From NCBI GenBank assembly GCA_041690395.1, contig JAWLHJ010000004.1, positions 577,478-641,477 on the forward strand: a stretch of DNA of 64,000 bases, written 5' to 3'. The DNA is from Longimicrobiales bacterium (GTDB lineage Bacteria; Gemmatimonadota; Gemmatimonadetes; Longimicrobiales; Gaopeijiaceae). Position numbers and translations under genes: made by a program. This document shows, one piece after another, positions 28,831 to 41,899 of this stretch (its first letter is position 1; each line of letters begins with the position of its first letter). The notes beneath the pieces were generated by a model that saw only the letters and a list, made by a program, of their open reading frames with translations, was not told the DNA's origin and searched no databases.

Positions 28831-30051
28831 ATGGGCATAGCCCCCTGGGCAGAGAGGAATCATGCAGGCAGGTCCGTGCGTCTCCTAGGCGTCACCGCTG
28901 TGACCGCCTCACTCCTGGCGTGCGGTGGAGGGATTCTCACACCCAACGCGAGTGGGCCCACGGAAATCCACCTCCTCTGTCCATCGTTAGGCTCAGTCGC
29001 CGTCTCACCATCGGCGCTCTGGTTGAATACCGAGTCGCAGGAGAGTGAAACGATCCGAGTGCACGTCACTCGTTCTATTGGAGCGCCCGAGTGCAGACAC
29101 ACGGTACAGGGCTTTGGCGAGCCGGGACAACCGTGGCTACAGGCGTCAAGGTGGGAGTCTGACAGCGTCTTGGTGTTGGATGTCAGAGGCGCGCCAAGAT
29201 TCAGATATGTGGAGGTCGCGGTGATCGTCAACCGGAGGCTCGCGGGTACCACGGCCGTTTTGGGCACTCCTCTCAGAACCATGGGCGTTGGCATCGCACA
29301 TCGCGGGGGAGGGGGGTTGTTCCCCGAGAACACGTTGGTAGCACTGGAAGCGGCAGGGGCGGCCGGAGTCTTCGGAAGCGAAGTCGATATCCGTCTGACA
29401 CGTGATCTGGTGCCGGTTCTGATGCATGACGAGACGGTGGACCGCACGACGAATGGAACGGGCGCAGTCGAAGGTATGACGTCGGCTGAGATCAGTAAAC
29501 TTGACGCGGGATATCGGCATGCGGAGAAGTTTCGAGGCCAACCCGTCCCGACTCTGGAGGAAGCCCTCGTGGCGACGAGTGGCACCGGCCTACGCTTGTA
29601 TCTCGACGTCAAAGGCCAGACACTGGTAACGCGTCCGGAATACGCGACGATCATAGCCGCGGCGGTCAAGTCCGCCGATGCGGAAGACCGCGTGACGATC
29701 CTGGCGGAGCCATGGCTCCGGGAGGAATTCCAAGCTGCGGTACGGGCGTCCTCTACCCGGATCCGTGTTGGAATAAGGGTCACCGCGCCGCGCCCGCAGC
29801 ATCAAGACTACATGTTGCGGCGCCAGCCAGCCGCCATTCTCTTTTCCCCGATCGACTCCGTCCTCACACAGATCGGCCAAACCATCGTTAGGACGCTCCA
29901 CGTACCGGATAGCGAGTTGATCGCAACAACCACCAACGACCTGGGCCTCGCACAGTTCATGGTAGACGGGGGTCTCGTGACCCACTTTCTTACGGACCTT
30001 CCCCCTGAAATCTTTCGCTATCTCGCCGACATGGAGGACGGACGAAGCTAA
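28831..30051 (+). CDS. Glycerophosphodiester phosphodiesterase-family lipoprotein
   Basis: Lipobox LLAC; IAHRG, PENT, EVDIRLTRDLVPVLMHDETVDRTT, PTLEE, LDVK. Confidence 0.85.
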   Translation: MGIAPWAERNHAGRSVRLLGVTAVTASLLACGGGILTPNASGPTEIHLLCPSLGSVAVSPSALWLNTESQESETIRVHVTRSIGAPECRHTVQGFGEPGQPWLQASRWESDSVLVLDVRGAPRFRYVEVAVIVNRRLAGTTAVLGTPLRTMGVGIAHRGGGGLFPENTLVALEAAGAAGVFGSEVDIRLTRDLVPVLMHDETVDRTTNGTGAVEGMTSAEISKLDAGYRHAEKFRGQPVPTLEEALVATSGTGLRLYLDVKGQTLVTRPEYATIIAAAVKSADAEDRVTILAEPWLREEFQAAVRASSTRIRVGIRVTAPRPQHQDYMLRRQPAAILFSPIDSVLTQIGQTIVRTLHVPDSELIATTTNDLGLAQFMVDGGLVTHFLTDLPPEIFRYLADMEDGRS

Positions 30052-30055
30052 CCGA

Positions 30056-30787
30056 TCAGGGTCCCGAGGAAGCTAACCGACGGAAGTATCGGGACAGTCG
30101 TGCGGCAGCGGCGATCACAAGAAGGCCTGAGTACAAAGAGTATCCCGCCGCGAACAATGACCTCGTCGGCAAGAGGAGTGTGAGCATCACGAAGACACCC
30201 CAATCCAGCGGCCAGAACAGTATTCGACCGACGTACGTCGGTCGTGCGAAATCGCCGGACGCCTGCCGCATCTTGACGAACAGCGTCCCCCCGAAGAACA
30301 AGCTGTTTTGGGCCGCGCACAACAGCACACCGGAGATGAAAGCGAGCTCGGGGACAGCACCGGCGAGTCCCGGTGACGTGAACGCGACCACATAGACGAA
30401 TGCGCCATTCAACAAGACGATCTTGATTGAGTCAAATGTGTGGTCGAGCCACTCCCCAGCCGGGCCGGCAGTACCGGCCACCCGAGCCACCGGTCCATCG
30501 GCCGAGTCGAGGACATACGCGATGGCTAGGAGCAGATAAGCAGGGATAGCACGCACATATTCGGACGGACCCGTACTCGCGGCAAGAACCACACCGATGA
30601 CCGTGACGATCATCGAGAGGACACTGAGGGTGTTTGCGCTGACCGAGAGCCGCAAGGCCAACGCAGCCGCAACCCGACCCAGCGGTCGATTGACGTACTC
30701 GGTGTAGGGGTAAGCACCCTGCGCCTTCTTACCTCGGCCGAGCAACCCATAGGCCTCTCCGAACCTGAGAGGGCGTTTGGCCTGCAC
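30056..30787 (-). CDS. CDP-alcohol phosphotransferase family protein
   Basis: DSADGPVAR...GEWLDHTFD signature with hydrophobic helices. Confidence 0.88.
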   Translation of the reverse strand: MQAKRPLRFGEAYGLLGRGKKAQGAYPYTEYVNRPLGRVAAALALRLSVSANTLSVLSMIVTVIGVVLAASTGPSEYVRAIPAYLLLAIAYVLDSADGPVARVAGTAGPAGEWLDHTFDSIKIVLLNGAFVYVVAFTSPGLAGAVPELAFISGVLLCAAQNSLFFGGTLFVKMRQASGDFARPTYVGRILFWPLDWGVFVMLTLLLPTRSLFAAGYSLYSGLLVIAAAARLSRYFRRLASSGP

Positions 30788-31239
30788 TACTCGACCCTAT
30801 CGGCCGGCGCGATCTTCAAGGCAAGCAGGAGTTCAGATCGCACGTCCTCGACGGGGTGGCCCCTTGTCACATCAGGGGGAGTGGGCCACTCAATATCGCT
30901 CCATTCCACCCCCAGGAACGTTCTCGATTCAGCATAGCGCGGAATCACATGGAAGTGCAGCTGATGATCCACCATCATCAGAGCCAGGTAGTTCAGTTTG
31001 TCCGGAGCGAACGCAGCTTCTAGGTGCTCCTCAAGCAGATTACAGGCCGAGGCGAAATCAGCCCCTTCCTCGGCGCGGAGACCACCGAGGGTACCACAAG
31101 GCCGCCTGAGCGAGAGGACAAGACTGCCGAGTGTGGGTTGAACCGGACGGAGGCTGCAGATCCAGTATGCAGTCTTGAACACTTCAAGTTCGGATAGTTG
31201 AAACTTCTCTGCAAAGGCGTCGAAGTCTGACTTGCTCAT
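30787..31239 (-). CDS. HIT-family nucleotide hydrolase
   Basis: HQLHFHVIPRY histidine triad. Confidence 0.85.
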   Translation of the reverse strand: MSKSDFDAFAEKFQLSELEVFKTAYWICSLRPVQPTLGSLVLSLRRPCGTLGGLRAEEGADFASACNLLEEHLEAAFAPDKLNYLALMMVDHQLHFHVIPRYAESRTFLGVEWSDIEWPTPPDVTRGHPVEDVRSELLLALKIAPADRVE

Positions 31240-31661
31240 GACCCAGGCACCCCAGCGAGCCGAGCTCGCAGCAAGGTAGACGACTGCTGTCGCGTGTAAG
31301 GAAGAAACACACAGCGGACGCCAACCGCCTCTAGCTGTTCCTTCCAGCGATCGTATTTCTCCGCCCCATACCAGTCGTCACCCACGACCCAGACGTCGAA
31401 CTTCATACGCTCCCATGCTTCGAACTTGTCTCTGTCGTGCTGAGGGACGCACGCGTCCACGTATCGAATGGCACGGACGATTTCCACGCGCTCCGAGTAG
31501 GGGACGACCAGGCTCCCGGGCTTGTAGTTTTCGACCATCTCGTCAGTACTGATGCCAACCACCAGACGATCACCGAAGCTCCGGGCGGCGCGAAGTAGGT
31601 TCAGGTGTCCTACGTGAAAAAGATCGAAGACGCCGCACGTATAGACGACCGTGCTAGACAT
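31236..31661 (-). CDS. Cytidylyltransferase, glycerol-3-phosphate CT (TagD)-like
   Basis: GVFDLFHVGHLNLL, VGISTD, VGDDW, YTRQQSSTLLR. Confidence 0.88.
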   Translation of the reverse strand: MSSTVVYTCGVFDLFHVGHLNLLRAARSFGDRLVVGISTDEMVENYKPGSLVVPYSERVEIVRAIRYVDACVPQHDRDKFEAWERMKFDVWVVGDDWYGAEKYDRWKEQLEAVGVRCVFLPYTRQQSSTLLRARLAGVPGS

Positions 31662-32922
31662 GCCGAGGCTCCTGAGTTGATGGGACATACTGTGTGCGGA
31701 GGACTTCCGTGGCACAACGCCATGTGAATACTGACACAGCACAGTAGGATACCACCATCCCCCCGAGGGCCCCTACCGTCCCGAATAGCATAACAGCCGG
31801 AATGCCCACGATGGGAAGGCCAAGTGTCCCCAATGCATTCGCCCGGAAGACGCCGCGAATGTGGTCATTGGCCTTCAGCCAAGCCGCCAGAACCGCCACA
31901 ACCGTGGCCGGAACAGGGATGATCGCGATGAATAGCAGCAGCGAGGGCTCCATGCCGTATCTTGCCGCATATACTAACGACATCAAGAGTTCACCGAACA
32001 AGCCCAGGGCCACAGCGTAGGTCATGGCGCCTACGACTGACAACACCACGATGCCGCGCAGACGACTCTTTCCGGCCCTGCGGTCACGAACGAATTGCGG
32101 CAGCAGAACGGTCGAAAGTGCTATGATGCCCTGCAGGTAAGGGACTAGGAGGTTCATGGCGGCCCTTAATGTTGCGACTCCTTGAAGCCCGGCCCAGGGA
32201 ACGAGCAGCAGATAGTACACGTCTCGCCGAAGCCAACCAAGAAGGAGAGTCCCGGACGCCCAGCCCCCATACCTCATATGACGAGACCGGTACTCGGAAT
32301 CCATCTTCTCGCCATCCGATCCGGATGGTGATCGCCTTCGTACCGTGGGGGCAAGGAGGACCGCGCACACGCCACTACATGCAGCCAGCGCAAGCATAGC
32401 CGAAGTCGGACTCAAGCGGCCCGCATGATTGAGGAAAAGGGCACTGGCTCCCAGCAGTGAGAGGTATAGCAGCCCGTTCCACGCCGCCAAGTGCACGATA
32501 TCAAGAACATAGCAGGCCTTCCGGACCAGCCACAGAAACAGGATCGACGGCGTTGCCAGGCCCATGCTCAACACCAAAGGAGCAGCAGGCGCACCCGCCA
32601 TACCCAACGGCACCACAGTCACTATGACCACACTGACAAAGATCGCCGCTACCCTTCGGTGATCCCGCCGTAAGCTGTCTAGGTAGCTTGAGAACCGGTC
32701 ACGATAATCACCCGCTCCGAAGACTAGCATGGGCTCGATCACAATCGCGGTATAGAACGTGGCCAAGAAGAGAAACGCCGTGTAGGCTACGGTGAACCTC
32801 CCGTACTCGACCGGAACGAGCCACCGGGCTAGGAGGATGTTCAACCCGAAGTTCGAGACCGAGAACAGCCCTTGGTCAGCGAGCGCCCAGGTTCCCCGGG
32901 ACAGGGTCCGCCCCAGAGTCAC
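31654..32922 (-). CDS. Wzx-like flippase
   Basis: WALADQGLFSVSNF...LLARWL...EYGRF and many transmembrane segments; start approximate. Confidence 0.75.
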   Translation of the reverse strand: MTLGRTLSRGTWALADQGLFSVSNFGLNILLARWLVPVEYGRFTVAYTAFLFLATFYTAIVIEPMLVFGAGDYRDRFSSYLDSLRRDHRRVAAIFVSVVIVTVVPLGMAGAPAAPLVLSMGLATPSILFLWLVRKACYVLDIVHLAAWNGLLYLSLLGASALFLNHAGRLSPTSAMLALAACSGVCAVLLAPTVRRRSPSGSDGEKMDSEYRSRHMRYGGWASGTLLLGWLRRDVYYLLLVPWAGLQGVATLRAAMNLLVPYLQGIIALSTVLLPQFVRDRRAGKSRLRGIVVLSVVGAMTYAVALGLFGELLMSLVYAARYGMEPSLLLFIAIIPVPATVVAVLAAWLKANDHIRGVFRANALGTLGLPIVGIPAVMLFGTVGALGGMVVSYCAVSVFTWRCATEVLRTQYVPSTQEPRHV

Positions 32923-32962
32923 CCGTGGACCGGGGGTGCCACGCCCGCCCCACCCACCCCCC

Positions 32963-36283
<3,321 letters not shown>

Positions 36284-36411
36284 ACCAACAACCTCTGTGG
36301 AGTCGGAGGATGCCTCTGTAGCACATGAAATTACGCAAAGGGGGACGGGTTAGAACCCCCGGCGTCATGAAAAGGTCGGATCGTACGTTGTTACATACGC
36401 ATACGAATACC

Positions 36412-36439
36412 TTGCTCATCCGCTCGAACGGGGTAGCTT
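36412..36439 (+). promoter_or_regulatory. Putative promoter of the sugar transferase gene
   Basis: TTGCTC-16 nt-TAGCTT ending 7 nt before the ATG. Confidence 0.35.
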
Positions 36440-36446
36440 CCGATTT

Positions 36447-37955
36447 ATGATCTCCACGCCCGCGACTGAGCCCCGGGTGGCCGTTACGCCTTCGGCCGCT
36501 TCGGTTAACGGTGACGATCCCCATCCGAGGCTGAAAGTACAGGCTCGCGCGTCGCATACCATCCGGCGGCATTTTCTGCGTGCGGTGCGACGGGTCCTGA
36601 TCCTCGCCGCGGCGGATCTCCTCCTGCTCGACCTCGCGGGGAGTTTCATCAACTGGCTCAGGACCGCGAGCTGGACTCCGGACGCGCTGGCCGCCTTCTT
36701 TCCGGCCGGCTTCATGGGCGGGTGGGGAGCGCATGCGGCCATCGTCGTCGGATTGATCTTCGCCGGGGCCTACGCCTCCCAGGAGCGCTGGGCGTCACCG
36801 GACCTGATCCTCAAAGGCGTGGCCCTCGGCACGGCCATGGCCCTCTGGCAGTCCCTGGACACAAGGGGCTTCGCCTGGACGGCGGCACACTGGGTGACCG
36901 TCGCGGCGGCGCTCGGCGTCCTCCTCACCGGAAGCCGCTTCGTGCTCCGAAAGCTGGTCCTGCAGTACCGCTCCGCGACGCAATCGGGGGAGCGCGTCAT
37001 CCTGGTCGGCGATCCGAGCCACCCGGAAGGCGTGCTCGCGGCTGAGGCGGTGCTGGAGTGGCACGGAATCACGTCCCTCGGCTGGCTGTCCGAGCAGGTC
37101 GACATCGACGATTACCTCGGCCACCCATCCACCGTATGGGAAGTCCTGCACGAGACCAGGACCGACACGGTGGTCCTGTGCGACACGCTCTCGCCCGAGA
37201 TCTTCCACACGGTGGTGGAAGCGGCCGCCGTGGCCGGTTGCAAGGTCCTGTCGGTCCGGAGCCGTGCGACCATGATGGCCACCCAGCCACGCACCATGCG
37301 GGATCGGCGGCTCAAGCTCATGGAGCTCACGTTCCCGGCCGGCCGAGCGGGCCAGGCCGTGCTGAAGCGTGTCTTCGACTTCGTGGCCTCCACGCTGCTC
37401 CTCGTGGCGCTGGCCCCGGTCTTCTTGCTCATCGCGATCCTGATCAAGCTGGACTCCAGAGGTCCGGTATTCTTCGTCCAGGAGCGGGTCGGAAAGGCGG
37501 GAAGGGTCTTCCCGATGGTCAAGTTCCGGTCGATGAGGGTGGGCGCGGACGCCGAGAAGGCGAAGCTGGCCCATATGAATCAGACGGGAGATTCCAGGCT
37601 GTTCAAGATCCCGAACGACCCGCGGATCACGCGCATGGGCGCCTTCCTGCGTCGTTGGAGCCTGGACGAGTTGCCGCAGCTGTTCAACGTCTGGCTCGGC
37701 CAGATGTCGCTGGTCGGCCCCCGGCCGTTCTTCGAGTCGGACCTCGCAGCTTACGATGACCACCACTTCATCCGCCTTGCGGTGAAGCCGGGCGTGACCG
37801 GCCTCTGGCAGGTCCGCGGCCGCAGTTCGATTGTCGACTTCGAGGAAGTCGTGGAGCTCGACAGCGAGTACGTCGAGCGCTGGTCCTTCAGCCTCGACAT
37901 GCAGATCTTGTTCATGACCCTTCCGGCCGTCCTGCGACGCACCGGCGCCTACTGA
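36447..37955 (+). CDS. Priming polyprenyl-phosphate sugar transferase (WcaJ/WbaP family)
   Basis: [53 protein letters not shown]. Confidence 0.93.
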   Translation: MISTPATEPRVAVTPSAASVNGDDPHPRLKVQARASHTIRRHFLRAVRRVLILAAADLLLLDLAGSFINWLRTASWTPDALAAFFPAGFMGGWGAHAAIVVGLIFAGAYASQERWASPDLILKGVALGTAMALWQSLDTRGFAWTAAHWVTVAAALGVLLTGSRFVLRKLVLQYRSATQSGERVILVGDPSHPEGVLAAEAVLEWHGITSLGWLSEQVDIDDYLGHPSTVWEVLHETRTDTVVLCDTLSPEIFHTVVEAAAVAGCKVLSVRSRATMMATQPRTMRDRRLKLMELTFPAGRAGQAVLKRVFDFVASTLLLVALAPVFLLIAILIKLDSRGPVFFVQERVGKAGRVFPMVKFRSMRVGADAEKAKLAHMNQTGDSRLFKIPNDPRITRMGAFLRRWSLDELPQLFNVWLGQMSLVGPRPFFESDLAAYDDHHFIRLAVKPGVTGLWQVRGRSSIVDFEEVVELDSEYVERWSFSLDMQILFMTLPAVLRRTGAY

Positions 37956-38013
37956 ACACTCCGGGTGGTCGAGTCACGCGGCTCGGAGCTCCCGAACCAC
38001 CCCGAATCCAGTC

Positions 38014-40245
38014 GTGCAGATCTTGACCTCTTCGTATCTCAGGAACACGGCGCTCGCCCTCGTTCTCCTGTGCGGTACCACCACCGCCCAGCCCGCTTCC
38101 GCCCAGCAGATCCCTTCGCCCGCGGAGGCCCAGCGGCTCATCCAGCAGAACCCCGAGCTCGTGCGTCAGCGGCTCCAGCAGTCGGGGCTGAGTGACCGCG
38201 AGATCCGGGCTCAGCTCGGCGCCGCCGGCCTCCCGACCAACGCGCTCGACCAGTTTCTCGGCACCGGCATGGTGGAGCCCGGCGCGGGCGCGGTTGCCAC
38301 GGGAGACATTCTGCGTGCCATGCAGATCCTCGGCCTCGAGGTCGACGCCGACGGCCTGAGCGAGGTACCGGAGCGCACCGGCCTCCAGCTCCGCGACCCG
38401 TTCTACGACGTCGACGAGGACTCCACCGCCCTCCCCGTCTTCGGCGTGAGCCAGTTCCGCCGCGCCACCTCGCAGTTCCAGCCGCTCCTGTCCGGGCCCG
38501 TGCCGGCCGACTACCGCGTCGGCCCCGGCGACCGGATGATCCTCGTGCTCACCGGCGACGTGCAGCTCGCCCACGAGCTCGAGGTCACGCGCGAGGGCTT
38601 CGTCGTGATCCCCAACGTGGGCCAGATCTCGGTGACCAACCTCACCATGGACGGGCTCCGGACCCTGCTCCGCCAGCGGCTCGCCCAGTCCTACTCGGGC
38701 ATCCAGCGGGGAACGACGACCTTCGACCTGACGGTGTCGCAGCTCCGCACGAACCAGATCTACGTCATCGGCGAGGTGCGCCAGCCGGGCGCCTATCAGC
38801 TCGCATCGGTGGCGACGGTGATGAACGCGCTGTACGCGGCCGACGGCCCCACGAACCTCGGGTCGCTCCGGCAGGTGGAGCTCCGCCGCCGGAACGGGGA
38901 GACGGTCACGCTCGACCTCTACGACTACCTCCTCGAGGGGGATGCCTCACAGGACGAGATCCTGCAGCAGGGAGACATCGTCTTCGTTCCGCTCCGTGAG
39001 CGGCAGGTGTCCCTGGTGGGCGCCGTGGGACGGCCGGCCCTGTACGAGCCCGCGCCGGACGAGGACCTGATCGACATGCTGCGGGCCGCGGGCGGGTTCT
39101 CGCCCGAGGCCCGGCGCAGCCGCATCACGATCCACCGGGTGCTCGAGCCCCTCGAGCGCGGTCCGGGCATCGCGGAACGGGCGGCGGTCGATCTCGCGCT
39201 CCCGTCGTCCGACGATCCGTCGAACCCGCGCTACGTGGGCGGCGTCATCGTGCCTCCGGTCGGGCTCCAGCACGGCGATTCGGTGCACGTGGACAGCGTC
39301 GCGGCGCTCGAGGACGCCTACTACGTCACGGTGCGCGGCCGGGTGCAGTCGCCCGGGCGGTTCCCCTGGCGTGCCGGCATGACGCTCCGCGACCTCGTCG
39401 AGCTGGCCCGTGGGCCGGCCGTGGGTGCGGACCTCCGCGAGGCCGAGCTCGCCCGACTCCCCGACGAGCGGGCGGCCGGCGAGCTGGCCGAGCTCATGCG
39501 CGTGCCGCTCGACTCGAGCTATCTGGACCTCGGCGACGGGGCCGAGGCGTTCCAGGGCCCGCGCGGGGTGGCCTTCCCCGCACCGGGGACGGCGCCCGAC
39601 GTCGAGCTCGAGCCGTTCGACCAGGTGACGGTCCTCCTCCAGCCCGACTTCCAGCTCCAGCGCGAGGTCGCGATCACCGGCGAGGTGCCCGTGCCCGGCC
39701 GCTACACGCTCCGCTCGAAGGACGACCGGCTGGCCGACCTCGTGGAGCGCGCCGGCGGGCTGCTCCCGACGGCCTACCCGGTGGGCGCGCAGCTCCACCG
39801 CTCGGAGCGCGACCTCGGCCGCGTGGACGTCGAGCTCCTGACCGCGATCGTCGATCCCGCGAGTTCCGACAACATCGTGCTCGAGCCCGGGGACTCGCTG
39901 CATATCCCGGTCTACTCTCCCACGGTCGTGGTTCAGGGCGCGGTCAACTCACCGGCCACCATCCTCTACCGTGAGGGCCAGGGGCTCGACTACTACATCG
40001 AGAGCGCCGGCGGCTTCCGGAACGACGCCGATGAGGGCCGCACCGCGGTGCGCTACGCCAACGGCCGCGCCGAGCTGCGCGACAAGTTCCTCTTCTGGTC
40101 GAGCTACCCCACGCCGGGCCCCGGGAGCATCGTCACCGTCCCGACCGAGAATCCCGCGAACCGGTTCGACTGGCGGGGGCTGATCACGGACATGGTGGCC
40201 ATCACCGGGTCGATCGCGACGGTGATCATCGTGGTGACGCGGTAG
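38014..40245 (+). CDS. Polysaccharide export protein with SLBB repeats (Wza/KpsD-like)
   Basis: Signal peptide, YRVGPGD Poly_export motif, repeated GEV..PG.Y...AGG units, C-terminal helix. Confidence 0.88.
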   Translation: MQILTSSYLRNTALALVLLCGTTTAQPASAQQIPSPAEAQRLIQQNPELVRQRLQQSGLSDREIRAQLGAAGLPTNALDQFLGTGMVEPGAGAVATGDILRAMQILGLEVDADGLSEVPERTGLQLRDPFYDVDEDSTALPVFGVSQFRRATSQFQPLLSGPVPADYRVGPGDRMILVLTGDVQLAHELEVTREGFVVIPNVGQISVTNLTMDGLRTLLRQRLAQSYSGIQRGTTTFDLTVSQLRTNQIYVIGEVRQPGAYQLASVATVMNALYAADGPTNLGSLRQVELRRRNGETVTLDLYDYLLEGDASQDEILQQGDIVFVPLRERQVSLVGAVGRPALYEPAPDEDLIDMLRAAGGFSPEARRSRITIHRVLEPLERGPGIAERAAVDLALPSSDDPSNPRYVGGVIVPPVGLQHGDSVHVDSVAALEDAYYVTVRGRVQSPGRFPWRAGMTLRDLVELARGPAVGADLREAELARLPDERAAGELAELMRVPLDSSYLDLGDGAEAFQGPRGVAFPAPGTAPDVELEPFDQVTVLLQPDFQLQREVAITGEVPVPGRYTLRSKDDRLADLVERAGGLLPTAYPVGAQLHRSERDLGRVDVELLTAIVDPASSDNIVLEPGDSLHIPVYSPTVVVQGAVNSPATILYREGQGLDYYIESAGGFRNDADEGRTAVRYANGRAELRDKFLFWSSYPTPGPGSIVTVPTENPANRFDWRGLITDMVAITGSIATVIIVVTR

Positions 40246-40256
40246 GGCGCGCCGCC

Positions 40257-40553
40257 TCACCGCACTTCGTAGTGCACCACCCGCTCGTCGAACCGGATCA
40301 TCCAGGGCCGCACCTTCTCCGGCACGACCGCCGTCTCGACGTCCTCCCCCGCGAACGCCCGGATGGCGTCCATCGACGCCCACTCGGTGACGATCCGGTA
40401 CGCCGCGCCCTCGGGGACGTCCCGCCTCAGGATGGCGGCCGAGCGGAAGCCGTCGATCTCTTCGATGGCCCGGAAGGTCTCGGTGCGGAGGTGCCGCTCG
40501 TAGTCGGCGGCGGATGCCGGATGGGTGACGCAGGTCCAGTGGCGTGAGATCAT
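40257..40553 (-). CDS. Antibiotic biosynthesis monooxygenase-like protein
   Basis: WASMDAIRAFAGEDVETAVVP...HYEV; start overlaps the ATPase stop. Confidence 0.75.
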   Translation of the reverse strand: MISRHWTCVTHPASAADYERHLRTETFRAIEEIDGFRSAAILRRDVPEGAAYRIVTEWASMDAIRAFAGEDVETAVVPEKVRPWMIRFDERVVHYEVR

Positions 40554-41806
40554 CAGGGTCCGAGGGCGGTGAGGGGGACGACTTCGACGCCGTCTGGGCG
40601 ACGGTAAGCGTATCCACCACCTACCACGACGGCCAAGAACGCCGGTGTGCCCGAGCGGTCCGTGTCCACCTGCTCCCGGAAGCGAAGGAGGCCCTCGGCC
40701 GCCTGGTCGATCCGGCCCTGGCCCAACTTGACCTCTACCGCTCCCCATCGGCCGTCGGCCGTCTCGATAATGGCGTCGACTTCAATGCCGTAGTTGTCCC
40801 GATAGTGCAGTACGCGGGCATCGAGCGGCTGCGCATACACGCGGAGGTCACGCACCGCCATCGACTCGAAGAGGAGGCCCAGGAGCTCCACGTCTCGAAG
40901 GAGGGCATCGGGACTGGCGCCGAGCGCGGCGGCGGCCAAAGACGGGTCGGCGAAGTGCCGCTTGGCCGAGCGTCGAAGCACCGCCTTCGAGCGTAGATGC
41001 GGCGCCCAGGCCGGCTGATCTTCCACCACCATCAGCCGTTCCAGCGCACCGAGGTAGCTCCGCACGGTCTCCACGTGGGGCGAAGCGTCATCCCCACCCA
41101 CAGCGTCTCGGGACAACGTCCTGAGGGTCGCTTCCGTCGACACGTTCCTCGCGATTGAACGGAGGACCCGGCCCACCAAGGCTGGATCCCTGCGCACTCC
41201 GTCGACCCGGGTGATGTCGACGCGGCGGACCTCGGCCAGATAGTCGCGAACGGCCCTGGCCGCCGCGGCCGCGTCGAGTCGACGGAAACCGGGCCAACCG
41301 CCAGCGCACACACGGTCGGCCAAGCCCCGCAGGTCCATCCCCCGGTCCGATGCTCGCGCGGGCTCGTTCGCGAAAAGGGCGCGCAATGATACGTCACCAC
41401 TCGAGTGACCGGACTCGTACAGCGATAGAGGACGCATGCGGAGGCGAGTGAGCCGTCCGGCCCCCGTGTGTCGAGTGACATCGTCTGCAGGCACCGCCGA
41501 GCCGGTGAGGATGAACTGACCAGGCTCCCCGCGATCGTCCACGGCTCGGCGCACGTGGTTCCAGATCGAGGGCTCGATCTGCCATTCGTCGATCAGGCGC
41601 GGGGTCGCTCCCTCCAGAACGAGCGAGGCTTCCAGGCGTGCTGCCGCCCGGGCCTGCTCATCGACATCGAGGAGGACCTCACTGGCGGCCACCTGACGGG
41701 CCGTCGCGGTCTTGCCACATGCCTTCGGTCCTTCGATGACGACCGCGCCGGTAACCCGGAGGCGGGCCTTCAACTCGCCGTCCGCAATTCGCGGAAGATA
41801 GCGCAT
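40553..41806 (-). CDS. AAA+ ATPase with DUF4143 and a C-terminal PD-(D/E)xK-like domain
   Basis: GPKACGKT, LIDEWQ, ILTGS, GGWP, KRHFADPSLA, GLLFES, HYRD...EVDAI...AVEVK. Confidence 0.9.
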   Translation of the reverse strand: MRYLPRIADGELKARLRVTGAVVIEGPKACGKTATARQVAASEVLLDVDEQARAAARLEASLVLEGATPRLIDEWQIEPSIWNHVRRAVDDRGEPGQFILTGSAVPADDVTRHTGAGRLTRLRMRPLSLYESGHSSGDVSLRALFANEPARASDRGMDLRGLADRVCAGGWPGFRRLDAAAAARAVRDYLAEVRRVDITRVDGVRRDPALVGRVLRSIARNVSTEATLRTLSRDAVGGDDASPHVETVRSYLGALERLMVVEDQPAWAPHLRSKAVLRRSAKRHFADPSLAAAALGASPDALLRDVELLGLLFESMAVRDLRVYAQPLDARVLHYRDNYGIEVDAIIETADGRWGAVEVKLGQGRIDQAAEGLLRFREQVDTDRSGTPAFLAVVVGGGYAYRRPDGVEVVPLTALGP

Positions 41807-41820
41807 CAACCGCCCCCTTG

Positions 41821-41881
41821 GTCGTTGTTTTGTAGGGGCTACAATCGTTGGAATGTAGGACACTCAGTCGTTGTTTTGTAG
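41821..41881. repeat. Three 15-bp direct repeats at 23-bp period upstream of the ATPase
   Basis: GTCGTTGTTTTGTAG (41821), ATCGTTGGAATGTAG (41844), GTCGTTGTTTTGTAG (41867). Confidence 0.9.
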
Positions 41882-41899
41882 ACCCTCGCTACTCCGTGC

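Noticed and set aside
28860..29783. 307-aa minus-strand ORF co-oriented with the island
   Set aside because: The plus-strand frame carries clear GDPD motifs and a lipobox; this ORF has none.
41821..41881. Three spaced repeats as a mini-CRISPR
   Set aside because: 15-bp repeats with 8-bp spacers are far too short; an operator or iteron reading fits better.
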